A DNA stretch of 64,000 bases, from positions 47,814 through 111,813 of the forward strand of contig JACMRA010000016.1 in NCBI GenBank assembly GCA_014376695.1, read 5' to 3'. The notes beneath the pieces were generated by a model, which worked only from the letters and a program-made list of their open reading frames with translations, made no database searches and was not told the DNA's origin. This document shows positions 37,344 through 46,281 of the stretch, piece after piece. Position 1 is the stretch's first letter. The number at the start of each line of letters is the position of its first letter. Source of the DNA: Minisyncoccota bacterium. Its GTDB lineage: Bacteria; Patescibacteriota; JACMRA01. The translations under genes and the position numbers were made by a program.

Positions 37344-37694
37344 TTATAAATGACCTGGGATTTTTGAGGTAATATTTTCTTCAACTTTGGCTGATACTTG
37401 AGTAGTAGTGCTACTGGCCATATCGACAAGTTTGGTAAGCTCAGCTTTGATTTCTGTTGAAATAGGGAGCGATGCCACCATACTCGGCAGTTGACTAATA
37501 TCAAATCCTTCTGGAAGTGATTTTTTGAGTTTTTCGACCATAGCCTTTGGGTTTTGAACTAAGCTCATTGGGTTAGCTTGAACTTCCTGGGCGATTTTGG
37601 TTAGGGATGCAATAACAGTTGAGGCAGTTGGAGTGCCAGTGACTTTTGCCATAGCGTTTTTTGCCATGTCGGTAATGTTGTCTAAAAAGTTCAT
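37344..37694 (-). CDS. hypothetical protein (116 aa)
   Basis: ATG 37694 (MNFLDNITD) is preferred; the -10-like TATATT lies 6 nt upstream. The track start at 37748 adds 18 codons. Confidence 0.45.
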   Translation of the reverse strand: MNFLDNITDMAKNAMAKVTGTPTASTVIASLTKIAQEVQANPMSLVQNPKAMVEKLKKSLPEGFDISQLPSMVASLPISTEIKAELTKLVDMASSTTTQVSAKVEENITSKIPGHL

Positions 37695-37945
37695 AAAAAT
37701 AATATAGAGTGGTTTAAATCCACATAAATAATTTTGACTACTTTGCACTTACTGTCCACTAACTAATAATTGTAGGGAAATTAGCTTGGTAATCGTGTTT
37801 ATTCTACTTGATATTAATCAATCAGAGCGTCCCTACTAGATCTCTTGATTCAGTAGCACACAGCCTTGACAACAAAAAAGTTATTATTGTAACTTGCAAT
37901 ATCTAGCATCTACTATTGAGATATTATTAACACTACTAAATATTT

Positions 37946-39175
37946 ATGAATTCTATCCTAAATTCACGAGTGAGTCGCATATTTACTTTGCCCAAATTTA
38001 GCCTTAAGCAAATTGCTATTTTCGATCGCTGTAAACCTTATTTGCGAGGCTTGGGGGCTTTTTTACTGGTTTTATTCATTGTTTTTGGGGTTTTTTTAAT
38101 AAATCAAGGTTTAAGACTTCGTATAACTAGTACAGGTCTCCAATGGCAAATCTCTGCCAAAAACAATATTTTAAGTCCGAACAAAGAGTTAATCAACACT
38201 TTACAAGGCAACTACAATCAGCTTGTTACAGATAAAGCTTCTCTAGTTGCAACCTTAGTAACTCAAAATGATAAATTGGCCGAGAGCACCAAAAATCTCG
38301 AAGCCAAAAATCAAGAATACAACAAATTAAACGACGAAAATACCAAAGCCAAAGCCGATATTGAGGGCAAGAACAAAGAGCTGGAGCAAAAAAACAAAGA
38401 TTTAGAATCCAAAACTGGCGAAGTTAGCGGACTCAACAATGCTAAAAACAATCTCCAGAACCAAAAAGCTAGTCTGGAATCCCAAAAAGCCACTCTCGAG
38501 CGGCAAAAAAAAGATCTTGAAAAGACTATTGCTTCTGGTAATTTTAGCCAGGCCAGAATTCCAAGCAAACCAACTCTGCCAACTCCCCAGACCAAAGTTT
38601 TTAGCCCTCCAGGTCCAAATAATAGCTCCAGAAATATGACTGTCATTTACTTTTGGTTTGCCACTAGTGAAGGCTATGGAGCGCTCTGCTCGGGAGAGCT
38701 TAATTCTGCAAAAACTGTAATCACAACGGTAACTCACTGCCAGAACAACGCCCCAAAAAATCCTGACCGAGTTATGTATCGAAATATCCCAGTTGATTCC
38801 CCAGATATCTTTGCGGTCTATACCGAAAGTTTCACGGTTAATTTTGGGGACAACAACTACAAAATTGTAAGCGTCGACAAAGGTATTGTGAATGCCTCAT
38901 ATGACTCAAGAACTAATGGTCATTGCTATACGGGGAGCAGTATCTGCAACGAAATCCTGCTAAAGACCAGTACCAGCCTCGGTGAAGGGAACAGCGGTTC
39001 AACTGTTTATGACCCTAGTGGTCGTTTTGTAGGTGTCTTATCAGGTGGCTTTGAAGAATCGCGTTGCCCGCTCATTGCTGTTGGTAACCTTCCGCCTCGG
39101 GGCGGAAACAGAAGCTGTTCTACTAGCATTATCATTGCTCTAGACGGTGGCTACAGTGCTTTTGCACGGTCGTAA
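37946..39175 (+). CDS. membrane-anchored coiled-coil protein with C-terminal S1 (chymotrypsin-fold, V8-like) serine protease domain
   Basis: N-terminal TM helix and a K/N/E/Q-rich coiled coil. Has TVTHC (His), DIFAVY (Asp candidate) and EGNSGSTV (Ser). Confidence 0.55.
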   Translation: MNSILNSRVSRIFTLPKFSLKQIAIFDRCKPYLRGLGAFLLVLFIVFGVFLINQGLRLRITSTGLQWQISAKNNILSPNKELINTLQGNYNQLVTDKASLVATLVTQNDKLAESTKNLEAKNQEYNKLNDENTKAKADIEGKNKELEQKNKDLESKTGEVSGLNNAKNNLQNQKASLESQKATLERQKKDLEKTIASGNFSQARIPSKPTLPTPQTKVFSPPGPNNSSRNMTVIYFWFATSEGYGALCSGELNSAKTVITTVTHCQNNAPKNPDRVMYRNIPVDSPDIFAVYTESFTVNFGDNNYKIVSVDKGIVNASYDSRTNGHCYTGSSICNEILLKTSTSLGEGNSGSTVYDPSGRFVGVLSGGFEESRCPLIAVGNLPPRGGNRSCSTSIIIALDGGYSAFARS

Positions 39176-39184
39176 TTTTAATAT

Positions 39185-40063
39185 CTAGACTCGACTAGCT
39201 CGAAGTAATAATCTTACTACGGTGGAACCTTTTTGGCATGTTTGGATTGTTAGGGACGAGTCGGTCGGTTTGTCAGGATAATCCATTGCTCGGTGATATT
39301 CGTTAATATCTATGTTGTTATTTTTGTCGACTACCATTTTGTCCCATTTATCGACCTTGTATTTGCATCCCTGACCGTCGGCAGTAACCAGCTCTATAGT
39401 ATCTCCTGGGGACAAACTAGCAAGCTTGCCAAAAATTCTCCCGGCCATCCCTGGATTAGTATCATCGGGCGGTTCGCTATGACCATATATGTAGCTATTT
39501 CCTTTGGCAGAGCAGATATTGACGGCGTCTTGATTTTCTATCACAGGACTGTTCAAGAGTAATTTATCAATTTGGGTGATGTTTCGATTAGTGCCATAAG
39601 CCAGGCTAATTTGTTCAAGTCCAATTTTTGAGATCGTTAAAGATAGGCTTTTGGGCGGAATTATAGCTGGAATTGACGGAGTTTGTGGCTCGGGAACTAC
39701 CACGGATTTATCGTTGTTTTTTGAATCTGGGGCTAATTTTTTGGGCGGAACAAAAATCGGTTCGGGAGTCGTCTGAATTGGGATTGAGGATGTGTCTAAA
39801 TTTTCAATTAAATCCGCTTGGTTATTTGGCAGCGGCAGGCTAAACCCGGAGCTTGGAACATCTAATGGTTTATCGAGGGATTGGAACGAGGCCAGTTCTA
39901 CATTTGTTGCCAAAATATGGTCACTTGCCCGAGCGATTAAATTATCCAAAGGGTAGGAGCTTGGGATAAGCATACAGCCGGCCAAAGCTATAAAAAGTAA
40001 AAAACCGGAGCAATAACGGCCAAATAAACAAAAACCACGTTTAAGTTGAATAAAACAATTCAT
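39185..40063 (-). CDS. sortase family transpeptidase
   Basis: N-terminal TM helix, YGHS (His), TIQTC (TLxTC-type Cys) and a downstream Arg (RLLLRA). Confidence 0.65.
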   Translation of the reverse strand: MNCFIQLKRGFCLFGRYCSGFLLFIALAGCMLIPSSYPLDNLIARASDHILATNVELASFQSLDKPLDVPSSGFSLPLPNNQADLIENLDTSSIPIQTTPEPIFVPPKKLAPDSKNNDKSVVVPEPQTPSIPAIIPPKSLSLTISKIGLEQISLAYGTNRNITQIDKLLLNSPVIENQDAVNICSAKGNSYIYGHSEPPDDTNPGMAGRIFGKLASLSPGDTIELVTADGQGCKYKVDKWDKMVVDKNNNIDINEYHRAMDYPDKPTDSSLTIQTCQKGSTVVRLLLRASRV

Positions 40064-40189
40064 AAATCAGCAATAGAAAAAAAAGAAAAATCAGTAGAAA
40101 TTTATCAAAAAATCAGCGATAATTGATAGTCTGTATATTTTTGTTTTAGCACACAAAGCAAGCAATGTCAAACCAAAAAAATCACCTAA

Positions 40190-40218
40190 TTGACGAAATC
40201 TGACAAAAGGTTTATCTA
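40190..40218 (+). promoter_or_regulatory. sigma70-type promoter, leaderless geometry
   Basis: TTGACG (40190-40195), 17 nt, TATCTA (40213-40218), then 8 nt to ATG 40227. Confidence 0.5.
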
Positions 40219-40226
40219 ATCACCAT

Positions 40227-41015
40227 ATGTTTAAATCGATGCAAAATAAGATTGTTGTTGTTAGCTTAATACTTTTTTTTCCAATTGGAATTCTGCTTAT
40301 GTTTTATTGGCGATTATACTCGCCTTGGGTACGAGTTTTTGTCTCTGCGTCGTTGATTTTGATTTTTGTAACAGTTGGGGTTAGTGTCTGGCAAATAAAA
40401 AAAATCACCACTAATTTGAACAATCAGGTAAACAAAGAGCTATTAGTTGAAACCGCCAGCTCTGCAAGTAACTCCAAATATGGATTTAATCTACCTCAGC
40501 AAGACGTCTATGAAAAGCCAGCGGGTAACAAGCCATCTCCAATTATTGCCAACGGCATCGAAATGACCGTAATAGATCTTATGGGACACACTTATACTAA
40601 CAAAATCAGTAAAAAAGTACTCAATTACTGTGCGGTAGTCTTCTCTATCAAGAACTTATTGACCGAAACCCTAACTATTTCGCCAGATAGCATGTTTATG
40701 TTATCACCTGAAGGTGTGGAACTTAATTTTCCATTAACGGGAATTACTGGACTTGGAAGCTTTGAGACTAAGCCTACACAACCTTACTATGGCGAAGACA
40801 AGTTCGATATGGTAGCTGGCAGTACTAAGGAAGGGTTTTTGCCCTTTGATTGTCCAGACTTTAAAACCTCATATATATTTCAATCGGACATTAACCAATT
40901 CTACGCCGAAGTCATTACTCAAGAACTACCCTACAAACCCCTCAAGATCAAATTAAGTTTGAGTAACAAAAACCAAGCGGCTAGTAGTTCAAGCGCCTCA
41001 AGTGCCAGTCAGTAG
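40227..41015 (+). CDS. membrane protein with extracytoplasmic Ig-like (DUF4352-like) domain
   Basis: Two N-terminal TM helices, a beta-rich domain and a Ser/Ala tail. The family guess rests on overall pattern only. Confidence 0.4.
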   Translation: MFKSMQNKIVVVSLILFFPIGILLMFYWRLYSPWVRVFVSASLILIFVTVGVSVWQIKKITTNLNNQVNKELLVETASSASNSKYGFNLPQQDVYEKPAGNKPSPIIANGIEMTVIDLMGHTYTNKISKKVLNYCAVVFSIKNLLTETLTISPDSMFMLSPEGVELNFPLTGITGLGSFETKPTQPYYGEDKFDMVAGSTKEGFLPFDCPDFKTSYIFQSDINQFYAEVITQELPYKPLKIKLSLSNKNQAASSSSASSASQ

Positions 41016-41138
41016 TCCTATTTCCAGTCCAAGTAGGGGAGGGTTTACCTCTCCAAAAAACTTTCCAAATATTCCAAACACTCACCCATGCGACAAAATG
41101 GTGAGGCAGGCTCGCCCTTACGGCCTGTAAATAATATT

Positions 41139-41555
41139 CTAGCCTATCAATGCTGGCTTGATGGTGATTTTTGGGTCTCGCTGGTAATCCAAATCATCGG
41201 GGTTTTTGATACTGGTCCCCTTTATCATATTTAGCCAATCGGCTGTAATCTCGGTTGGCTGATTAGGTAGCATTCTAGCACAGAAATAATTGCAATCTGT
41301 CCCAAAATATCGCCAAGACTTGATCCAGATAAACAGCATTCGACTATCAGTAAAACCAGCTTTATCAGAAGTTACATAAAGAATTTCTTGGGTTTTATCC
41401 AATCCTTGAGACCACAAATCAGTCCAAATTTGCTCAAAGAAGGTTGATAATTCGAGTGAATGTTGTATTTTTTGAAGTTCAAAGATTTTTTTGGGATTGT
41501 TAGGCTTCGTATAATCAAATATTTTGAGATCAAGATCGTGAATCATTACAAACAT
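41139..41555 (-). CDS. hypothetical protein, possibly a degenerate TsaB/YeaZ-like fold
   Basis: 138 aa. The segment ILYVTSDKAGFTDSRMLFIWIKSW loosely resembles the TsaB GPGSFTGLRIG region. Weak. Confidence 0.3.
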   Translation of the reverse strand: MFVMIHDLDLKIFDYTKPNNPKKIFELQKIQHSLELSTFFEQIWTDLWSQGLDKTQEILYVTSDKAGFTDSRMLFIWIKSWRYFGTDCNYFCARMLPNQPTEITADWLNMIKGTSIKNPDDLDYQRDPKITIKPALIG

Positions 41556-41570
41556 AGGTTACGTCTAAAA

Positions 41571-42560
41571 TTAGGGCAGAAATATCTTTTGAATATTAAT
41601 TTTTTGGTCTTTTGGGAAGAACGGTTGCAGGCTCGTTAATTGCCAAAGTGCAATAATTGAATGCCAAGTCCGCCTAGCTCGCTTGCGGTTCGTGAATATC
41701 CGAAACAGCCATTCTAGGCCAGAGCGTTCTAGCCAAGCTATTGTTCGTTTTTGATTTTGGCCACTACCCAGATGATCAAAAGCCGCCCCAACGCCAACGG
41801 CCAGCCCAAAGTTGATACTACTATCCATCTTGATATTATCCACAAAAAACTCCTGTTTGCCACTAGCACCCCCAATACACACGATCACCAAATCTGGTTC
41901 CAACCGCCTAACAAACCCTCTAGCTTGGATAAGCTCAGGAAACTCGGATAACAAATTCTCTGGATTAAGAAAACTGTGCTGGCTTTGGGTAGAAGTATTT
42001 GGGGTTATTCGGCCAGTATCGGTCATTAACATACCGTCGAATGGTGCCTCCCAGACCATAATCGTACAGTCGGGAAATTGCTTATTAAGTCGTTTGGCAA
42101 CTGTCCTGTTAGATCCGATAATTGCTACTTTGGCCTTACTGATATTGGCTTGCTTGAGTAAATCATAGACAAAATCCCGTCCGAGAATGACCTCGTTTTT
42201 GGTTATGTAACTTAGGTTGACTCGACCAACAATGATCCGAAAACCTGACCAGATATTCTTGAGCAGGTTGTAATAAATACGAACCTTAATTAGATTCTCT
42301 GGGCGGTATTTTGGGTTACCTGACAATATGTAATTACTCCATTCTAGCCCTTTGCCATCGATAGCTGTAATATCAGCTTTGTTGAGAATATTTCGATAAC
42401 TGGGGTTAGAATTAGCCCGTATAACAAACTCACTATACAAAAAATACAGGACAGTTTTGGACAGCGGATCTAAAGCTCTAATCTTTTGGTTAAGACCAGC
42501 TTTGGTTATTTGGGGGAGTTCTACGCCTGCTAGAAGAGTTTTGGTTGTATTATTAGTCAT
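41571..42560 (-). CDS. WecB/TagA/CpsF-family glycosyltransferase
   Basis: Region VCIGGASGKQEFF..GVGAAFDHLGSG..IAWLERSGLEWLFRI is typical of the family. Confidence 0.75.
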   Translation of the reverse strand: MTNNTTKTLLAGVELPQITKAGLNQKIRALDPLSKTVLYFLYSEFVIRANSNPSYRNILNKADITAIDGKGLEWSNYILSGNPKYRPENLIKVRIYYNLLKNIWSGFRIIVGRVNLSYITKNEVILGRDFVYDLLKQANISKAKVAIIGSNRTVAKRLNKQFPDCTIMVWEAPFDGMLMTDTGRITPNTSTQSQHSFLNPENLLSEFPELIQARGFVRRLEPDLVIVCIGGASGKQEFFVDNIKMDSSINFGLAVGVGAAFDHLGSGQNQKRTIAWLERSGLEWLFRIFTNRKRARRTWHSIIALWQLTSLQPFFPKDQKINIQKIFLP

Positions 42561-42619
42561 TAGTTTGAAAAAACTGGCCTAGTCTTAGAAGTGCTATTAT
42601 ATAAGCGATTGCCTTATTT

Positions 42620-42839
42620 GCTTGTAAAATTATTTCTGCGAGTTACTTATGGTACGCCGCATAGGTGATTTATACTAGCTGTCGTCCCTGTAACTCTGAA
42701 TAATTTTAACACAAACGAGCAAGTCTTTTGCTTGTAAAATTATTTTGGCGAGTTACTTGTGGTTACGCCTGCATAGGTGATTGTATCAACTGTAAGCGGG
42801 ATTCTGTCTACAAATGGCGACCCTTTCGGACCGATCATC
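42620..42839. repeat. tandem 110-nt direct repeat abutting and overlapping the 3' end of rnpB
   Basis: Unit 1 (42620-42729) and unit 2 (42730-) are near-identical over about 60 nt: GCTTGTAAAATTATTT..GCGAGTTACTT.TGG..CATAGGTGATT. The junction forms the hairpin AATAATTTTA..TAAAATTATT (42699-42744). Confidence 0.7.
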
Positions 42840-43283
42840 TGGAGGCAATAATTTGTCTTCGCCCTCTACCATTCTTGAGGTTGCACCGAGCGGGGTTTGC
42901 CACACGGACAGTTGCCTGCCTTCGTGATTGGGGTCTTACTCCCAACTGTTCGCCCTTACCTTACATATTGATTGCATAGTCGTTAAACTAGCTATCGTCT
43001 CGGACATCGCCAGAATAATTTTAACACAAAAAAGCAAGTTTTTCGCTTGTAAAATTTTCTTAGTGCGTGTCTTGGGAGACGATTACATAGGGGTAAGGCG
43101 GTTTATTTTCTGTTGCACTTTTCAACCTACTCTCTATGACAGATTTCGGCTCCCTATAGTTACCTACGGCAGATTACGAGCCTGCCACCCATAAATAGCA
43201 AATGCTAAATAGTGTCCCGACTTTCCTCTCTTTTAGTAATACAAGTACCCCAAAAGAGCTATTGCCCGTTGATACTAATCACC
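42776..43283 (-). ncRNA. rnpB: RNase P RNA (bacterial type A) with enlarged P12
   Basis: The minus strand carries these conserved blocks: GAGGAAAGTCGGGAC (43227-43213), AGTGCAACAGAAAATAAACCGCC, GGTAAGGGCGAACAG, GGCAAACCCCGCTCGGTGCAAC, AGATGA and GACAGAATCCCGCTTACAG. P1 is formed by GGTGATTAGTATCAAC (43283-43268) pairing with GTTGATACAATCACC (42790-42776). Confidence 0.9.
42985..43100 (-). repeat. hairpin element occupying the P12 position of rnpB, paralogous to 42674-42790
   Basis: ACTAGCTATCGTC..GAATAATTTTAACACAAAAAAGCAAGTTTTTCGCTTGTAAAATT..CATAGG aligns with the unit downstream of the gene. The arms CGTCTC/GAGACG and AATAATTTTA/TAAAATT are self-complementary. Confidence 0.65.
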
Positions 43284-43289
43284 CCCTAA

Positions 43290-43318
43290 GTTCTATCCAA
43301 ATATATCTAATTAGTCAA
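43290..43318 (-). promoter_or_regulatory. promoter of rnpB
   Basis: Read on the minus strand: TTGACT (43318-43313), 17 nt, TAGAAC (43295-43290). The predicted TSS near 43283 coincides with the 5' strand of P1. Confidence 0.55.
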
Positions 43319-43732
43319 TTACCGACTTGCAAAAGACAGTTTTTTGCCGAGATAATCGAATACTAGATTGGTATTTTCGTTGACACAGATTTCTTGAATT
43401 AATCGAGAACCTATTATTGGCTGCGACTCGCTCGGCATATAAATTGCTTCAACGCCGAAAGAGTAGTCTTGAGTCAAAGTCTCAAAAATCACGTATATAT
43501 CGCATACCACGGCCATTACTTTTTGGTTATTCCCTATATTTAATGCTATTTTTTTGGTAAAGGTTGGCTTGAGAAAATTGACAATTTCCCTATTAATAAC
43601 TATATAACCGTCAAAACCAGTATCGAGCAAAGCCGTGCCTCTATAACCAATCGTTTCGCCGTCTCTGGCCAAAGCTAAGTTGAATTGAGGTTTTGTCATC
43701 TGGGTTTGTTTCTGGTATAAGATCTCGGTCAT
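43319..43732 (-). CDS. retropepsin-like clan AA aspartic protease ('DTGF' type)
   Basis: 137 aa with motif ALLDTGFDGYIVIN. Paralog of 30736..31149. Confidence 0.65.
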   Translation of the reverse strand: MTEILYQKQTQMTKPQFNLALARDGETIGYRGTALLDTGFDGYIVINREIVNFLKPTFTKKIALNIGNNQKVMAVVCDIYVIFETLTQDYSFGVEAIYMPSESQPIIGSRLIQEICVNENTNLVFDYLGKKLSFASR

Positions 43733-43997
43733 AAATATTGTCTTGTTCGGCTTGGGTAAGAGCTATGCTATTGGGTAATTTTTTTAGTTGGACAATTTTC
43801 ATTGGTTTTTTTATTGAGGTATCTTTGGATTGGATTATCAGCTCTTCAAGTTTACCCTCCAAAAAACCCGACAGGCTTATTCCTTTTTTTTTGAGAATTC
43901 GCATCGAGCTTTCTTTGATATCAGAATATAGCAGTATGTGAGTTGGGGTTTTTACTTTTTTTGGGCTTTGGGAATTGGCTACTAAAGTCATACACAT
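43641..43997 (-). CDS. small RHH/CopG-like protein upstream of the DTGF protease
   Basis: KTPTHILLYSDIKESSMRILKKKGISLSGFLEGKLEELI resembles a ribbon-helix-helix. ATG 43997 or 43991 is preferred over track TTG 44075 because TTGACA (44047-44042) lies inside the longer ORF. The 3' end overlaps the protease gene by 92 nt. Confidence 0.45.
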   Translation of the reverse strand: MCMTLVANSQSPKKVKTPTHILLYSDIKESSMRILKKKGISLSGFLEGKLEELIIQSKDTSIKKPMKIVQLKKLPNSIALTQAEQDNIYDRDLIPETNPDDKTSIQLSFGQRRRNDWL

Positions 43998-44115
43998 ATA
44001 TTTAAATGTTATGGCTATATAATTATCGGTTTTTAATTCTTTGTCAATTGGGAGTATATACTTTAGCCTAGACAATGTGCGTAATTTAGAATACTATGTA
44101 ATAACAAAATACGTT

Positions 44116-45330
44116 ATGGCAGAAATAGCAAAACCATTAGCAAATAAAGTAAAATACCTATCAACACTATTAGGTGTAGTAGCTTCACTGTTGACTTTTA
44201 ATCCGCAAGGTGCTTTGGGCGCTGAGTCAGGCCCTGTCGAAAAATTAATTCTTGGGACTCAATCTCAACAAGTTCATCCCGACGAAATCGCCCTCCAAAA
44301 TCAATTAAAAGAGTTTGGCTTATCAACCACTTGGGCAGTTTTCAGTTCCGATTTTATATGGATACAAGATGGGGTGGCATTATCTCAACCAACCAACAAC
44401 GGGAATCGATGGGTAATAAGCAATCCCAAATTCAGCGCTGCGCACAGCGACAGTCGAACCACTGTCTCGGATTTGTTCCCCGATTCTGCTCAATTATCGC
44501 TACATGGCCTTAACAAAGGGGCGATTAAATACGCCTCACAAAATAATATTCCAGTGGTGTTATCAGAAGCTATTGGCGAGGGTGGTGATATTATCACACT
44601 CAAAAATGGAGATGTCTTCATTGGTCAAGTGACTCTCAATCATAATATTGCATACTTACTAAAGCGAGATCACCCAACTGCAAGCATATCCCAACTGCAA
44701 GAACTTATCCCCGAATACACCCAAAAAGCTAAAGAATTTATCCAGGGCCAGTTCAATCTCCAAGACAACAAAATTACTTATTTAAGTACCGAGAGACATT
44801 ACCATATTGACTTGTTAGTTTCGCTTTTTGAGACAGATTATGGTAAACTGGCCATTATACAAGATGATACCAAGTCTCTCAAAATATTGCAAGATGCCCT
44901 GAAACTGCCTAATCTCCACCCAGAAGAAATCTCAATCCTAAATGCGGCCATCACTGAACTAACAAATAAAATCCAAAAAAATAATTATCCAGAATATTTA
45001 GCAAAAATACAGTCAGAGTTAGAAGCTCAGGGATATACAGTAAAGCGGGTGGGAGGTAACGTTGAAGCGGATGCTGAGGGTGTTCTCGGTCATGCTTATG
45101 GTATTAACGGTATCCAGGTACGCGGCAAAGATGGCATAATACGATATTTAACAGCTTCTTTGTCTAGTACACTTTTTAACCCAGCCAACCCACTCCCTCG
45201 ATTCATTAATGAGCGAATCAGGGGAAATTTAGGGGGAGCTCTTAACCCGTACCATATTACAGTACCGCCGCCTGTTGTAACCGGTACTTCTCGTGATGGA
45301 GGGGGTCTTCGATGTAGGTTGCAGGAGTAA
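44116..45330 (+). CDS. secreted guanidino-group-modifying enzyme superfamily (pentein fold) protein
   Basis: Signal peptide after ATG 44116. Motifs in order: EGGDI, YHIDL, and a C-terminal GGGLRC (catalytic Cys context). Confidence 0.6.
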   Translation: MAEIAKPLANKVKYLSTLLGVVASLLTFNPQGALGAESGPVEKLILGTQSQQVHPDEIALQNQLKEFGLSTTWAVFSSDFIWIQDGVALSQPTNNGNRWVISNPKFSAAHSDSRTTVSDLFPDSAQLSLHGLNKGAIKYASQNNIPVVLSEAIGEGGDIITLKNGDVFIGQVTLNHNIAYLLKRDHPTASISQLQELIPEYTQKAKEFIQGQFNLQDNKITYLSTERHYHIDLLVSLFETDYGKLAIIQDDTKSLKILQDALKLPNLHPEEISILNAAITELTNKIQKNNYPEYLAKIQSELEAQGYTVKRVGGNVEADAEGVLGHAYGINGIQVRGKDGIIRYLTASLSSTLFNPANPLPRFINERIRGNLGGALNPYHITVPPPVVTGTSRDGGGLRCRLQE

Positions 45331-45411
45331 GGTTGCACTACTCTGTACCACCGTTTGACTATTCGTGATTTGTTTCATAGCTTTGAGTGTTACCATTAGA
45401 GACCCGCGACA

Positions 45412-46281
45412 ATGTCAGATACTTCCAAAAATATCTTTACTAAGATTTTCAAAAATAGCTCCAAGACCTTTTATTATTCGTCGCTCTTTTTTCCCGAAGA
45501 TGTCCAAAAAAAACTGGGAGTTTTGTACGCCTTTGTGCGGATTGCTGATAGTTTCGTTGATCAAAAAGAGCAAGATCGAGTTGGTTTTTATGCTTTTTGT
45601 AGTAGTTATGACCGTGCCAAAAATGACCCTAATTTTTTGGGTTACAAGTATCTAGCCAATGGCGACCACGACAAAATCCTCAAATCCTTTATCCAACTCG
45701 AAAAATCGGAGCAGTTCAACCCCAACTGGACGGAGTCTTTTCTCTACTCTATGGATATGGATCTCAACAAAAAAACCTACGACAATATGAAGGAGCTCAC
45801 TGATTATATGTACGGATCTGCGTCGGTGATTGGCTTGTATATATGCAAAATTCTAGGTGTCAGTGAGGATTATTATCAATACGCCCAGACGCTTGGGACG
45901 GGCTTTCAATACATTAATTTTATTCGAGACATTGCCGAGGATTATAATGATTTTGGGAGAACTTACATACCTAATTCCGAACTAAGCAAACACGGATTCG
46001 ATAATCTGAGCTACCCAGTTACCAGCCAATACCCCGAAAAATTCAGGCAATTGATGATTGACCAAATTGGGTATTTTAGAGAGTGGCAGGCCAAAGGACT
46101 TGAGGGAGTTGACGCCCTACCGCCAAAATTCGCTTTAGCTATCAGGACGGCGGCTGACTGCTACGAGTGGACGGCCAAACAAATTATTGCCAACCCTTTT
46201 GTCGTCTATCAAAAAAAGGTCAAACCAAGTAGCCTTCGAGTGGTGGTAACAGGCCTAATTAATATGGCCCGCAAAAAATGA
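45412..46281 (+). CDS. squalene/phytoene synthase family protein
   Basis: LYAFVRIADSFVD (first DxxxD region) and FIRDIAEDYNDFGRTYIP (second region). Confidence 0.7.
   Translation: MSDTSKNIFTKIFKNSSKTFYYSSLFFPEDVQKKLGVLYAFVRIADSFVDQKEQDRVGFYAFCSSYDRAKNDPNFLGYKYLANGDHDKILKSFIQLEKSEQFNPNWTESFLYSMDMDLNKKTYDNMKELTDYMYGSASVIGLYICKILGVSEDYYQYAQTLGTGFQYINFIRDIAEDYNDFGRTYIPNSELSKHGFDNLSYPVTSQYPEKFRQLMIDQIGYFREWQAKGLEGVDALPPKFALAIRTAADCYEWTAKQIIANPFVVYQKKVKPSSLRVVVTGLINMARKK

Noticed and set aside
38311-38737. Antisense and alternative-frame ORFs 38311..38646 (-), 38402..38737 (-) and 38439..38639 (+).
   Set aside because: They fall inside the low-complexity AAA/GAA-rich coiled-coil region of 37946..39175. 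Such repeats keep several frames open by chance.
41035-41059. Hairpin GGGGAGG-GTTTA-CCTCTCC followed by A6, considered as a terminator.
   Set aside because: The U-tract would be on the wrong side for both flanking genes: A-run after the stem on the plus strand, T-run before it on the minus strand. The stem is only 7 bp with a G-U.
42728-43194. Track ORFs 42728..42979 (+) and 42928..43194 (+) as protein-coding genes.
   Set aside because: They lie entirely within and antisense to the RNase P RNA gene and its repeat. Their Cys/Arg-rich translations are typical of reading a structured RNA gene.
45365-45655. Track ORF 45365..45655 (+) as a gene.
   Set aside because: It is an alternative frame overlapping the 5' end of the squalene/phytoene synthase gene (45412..46281), which carries the family motifs.
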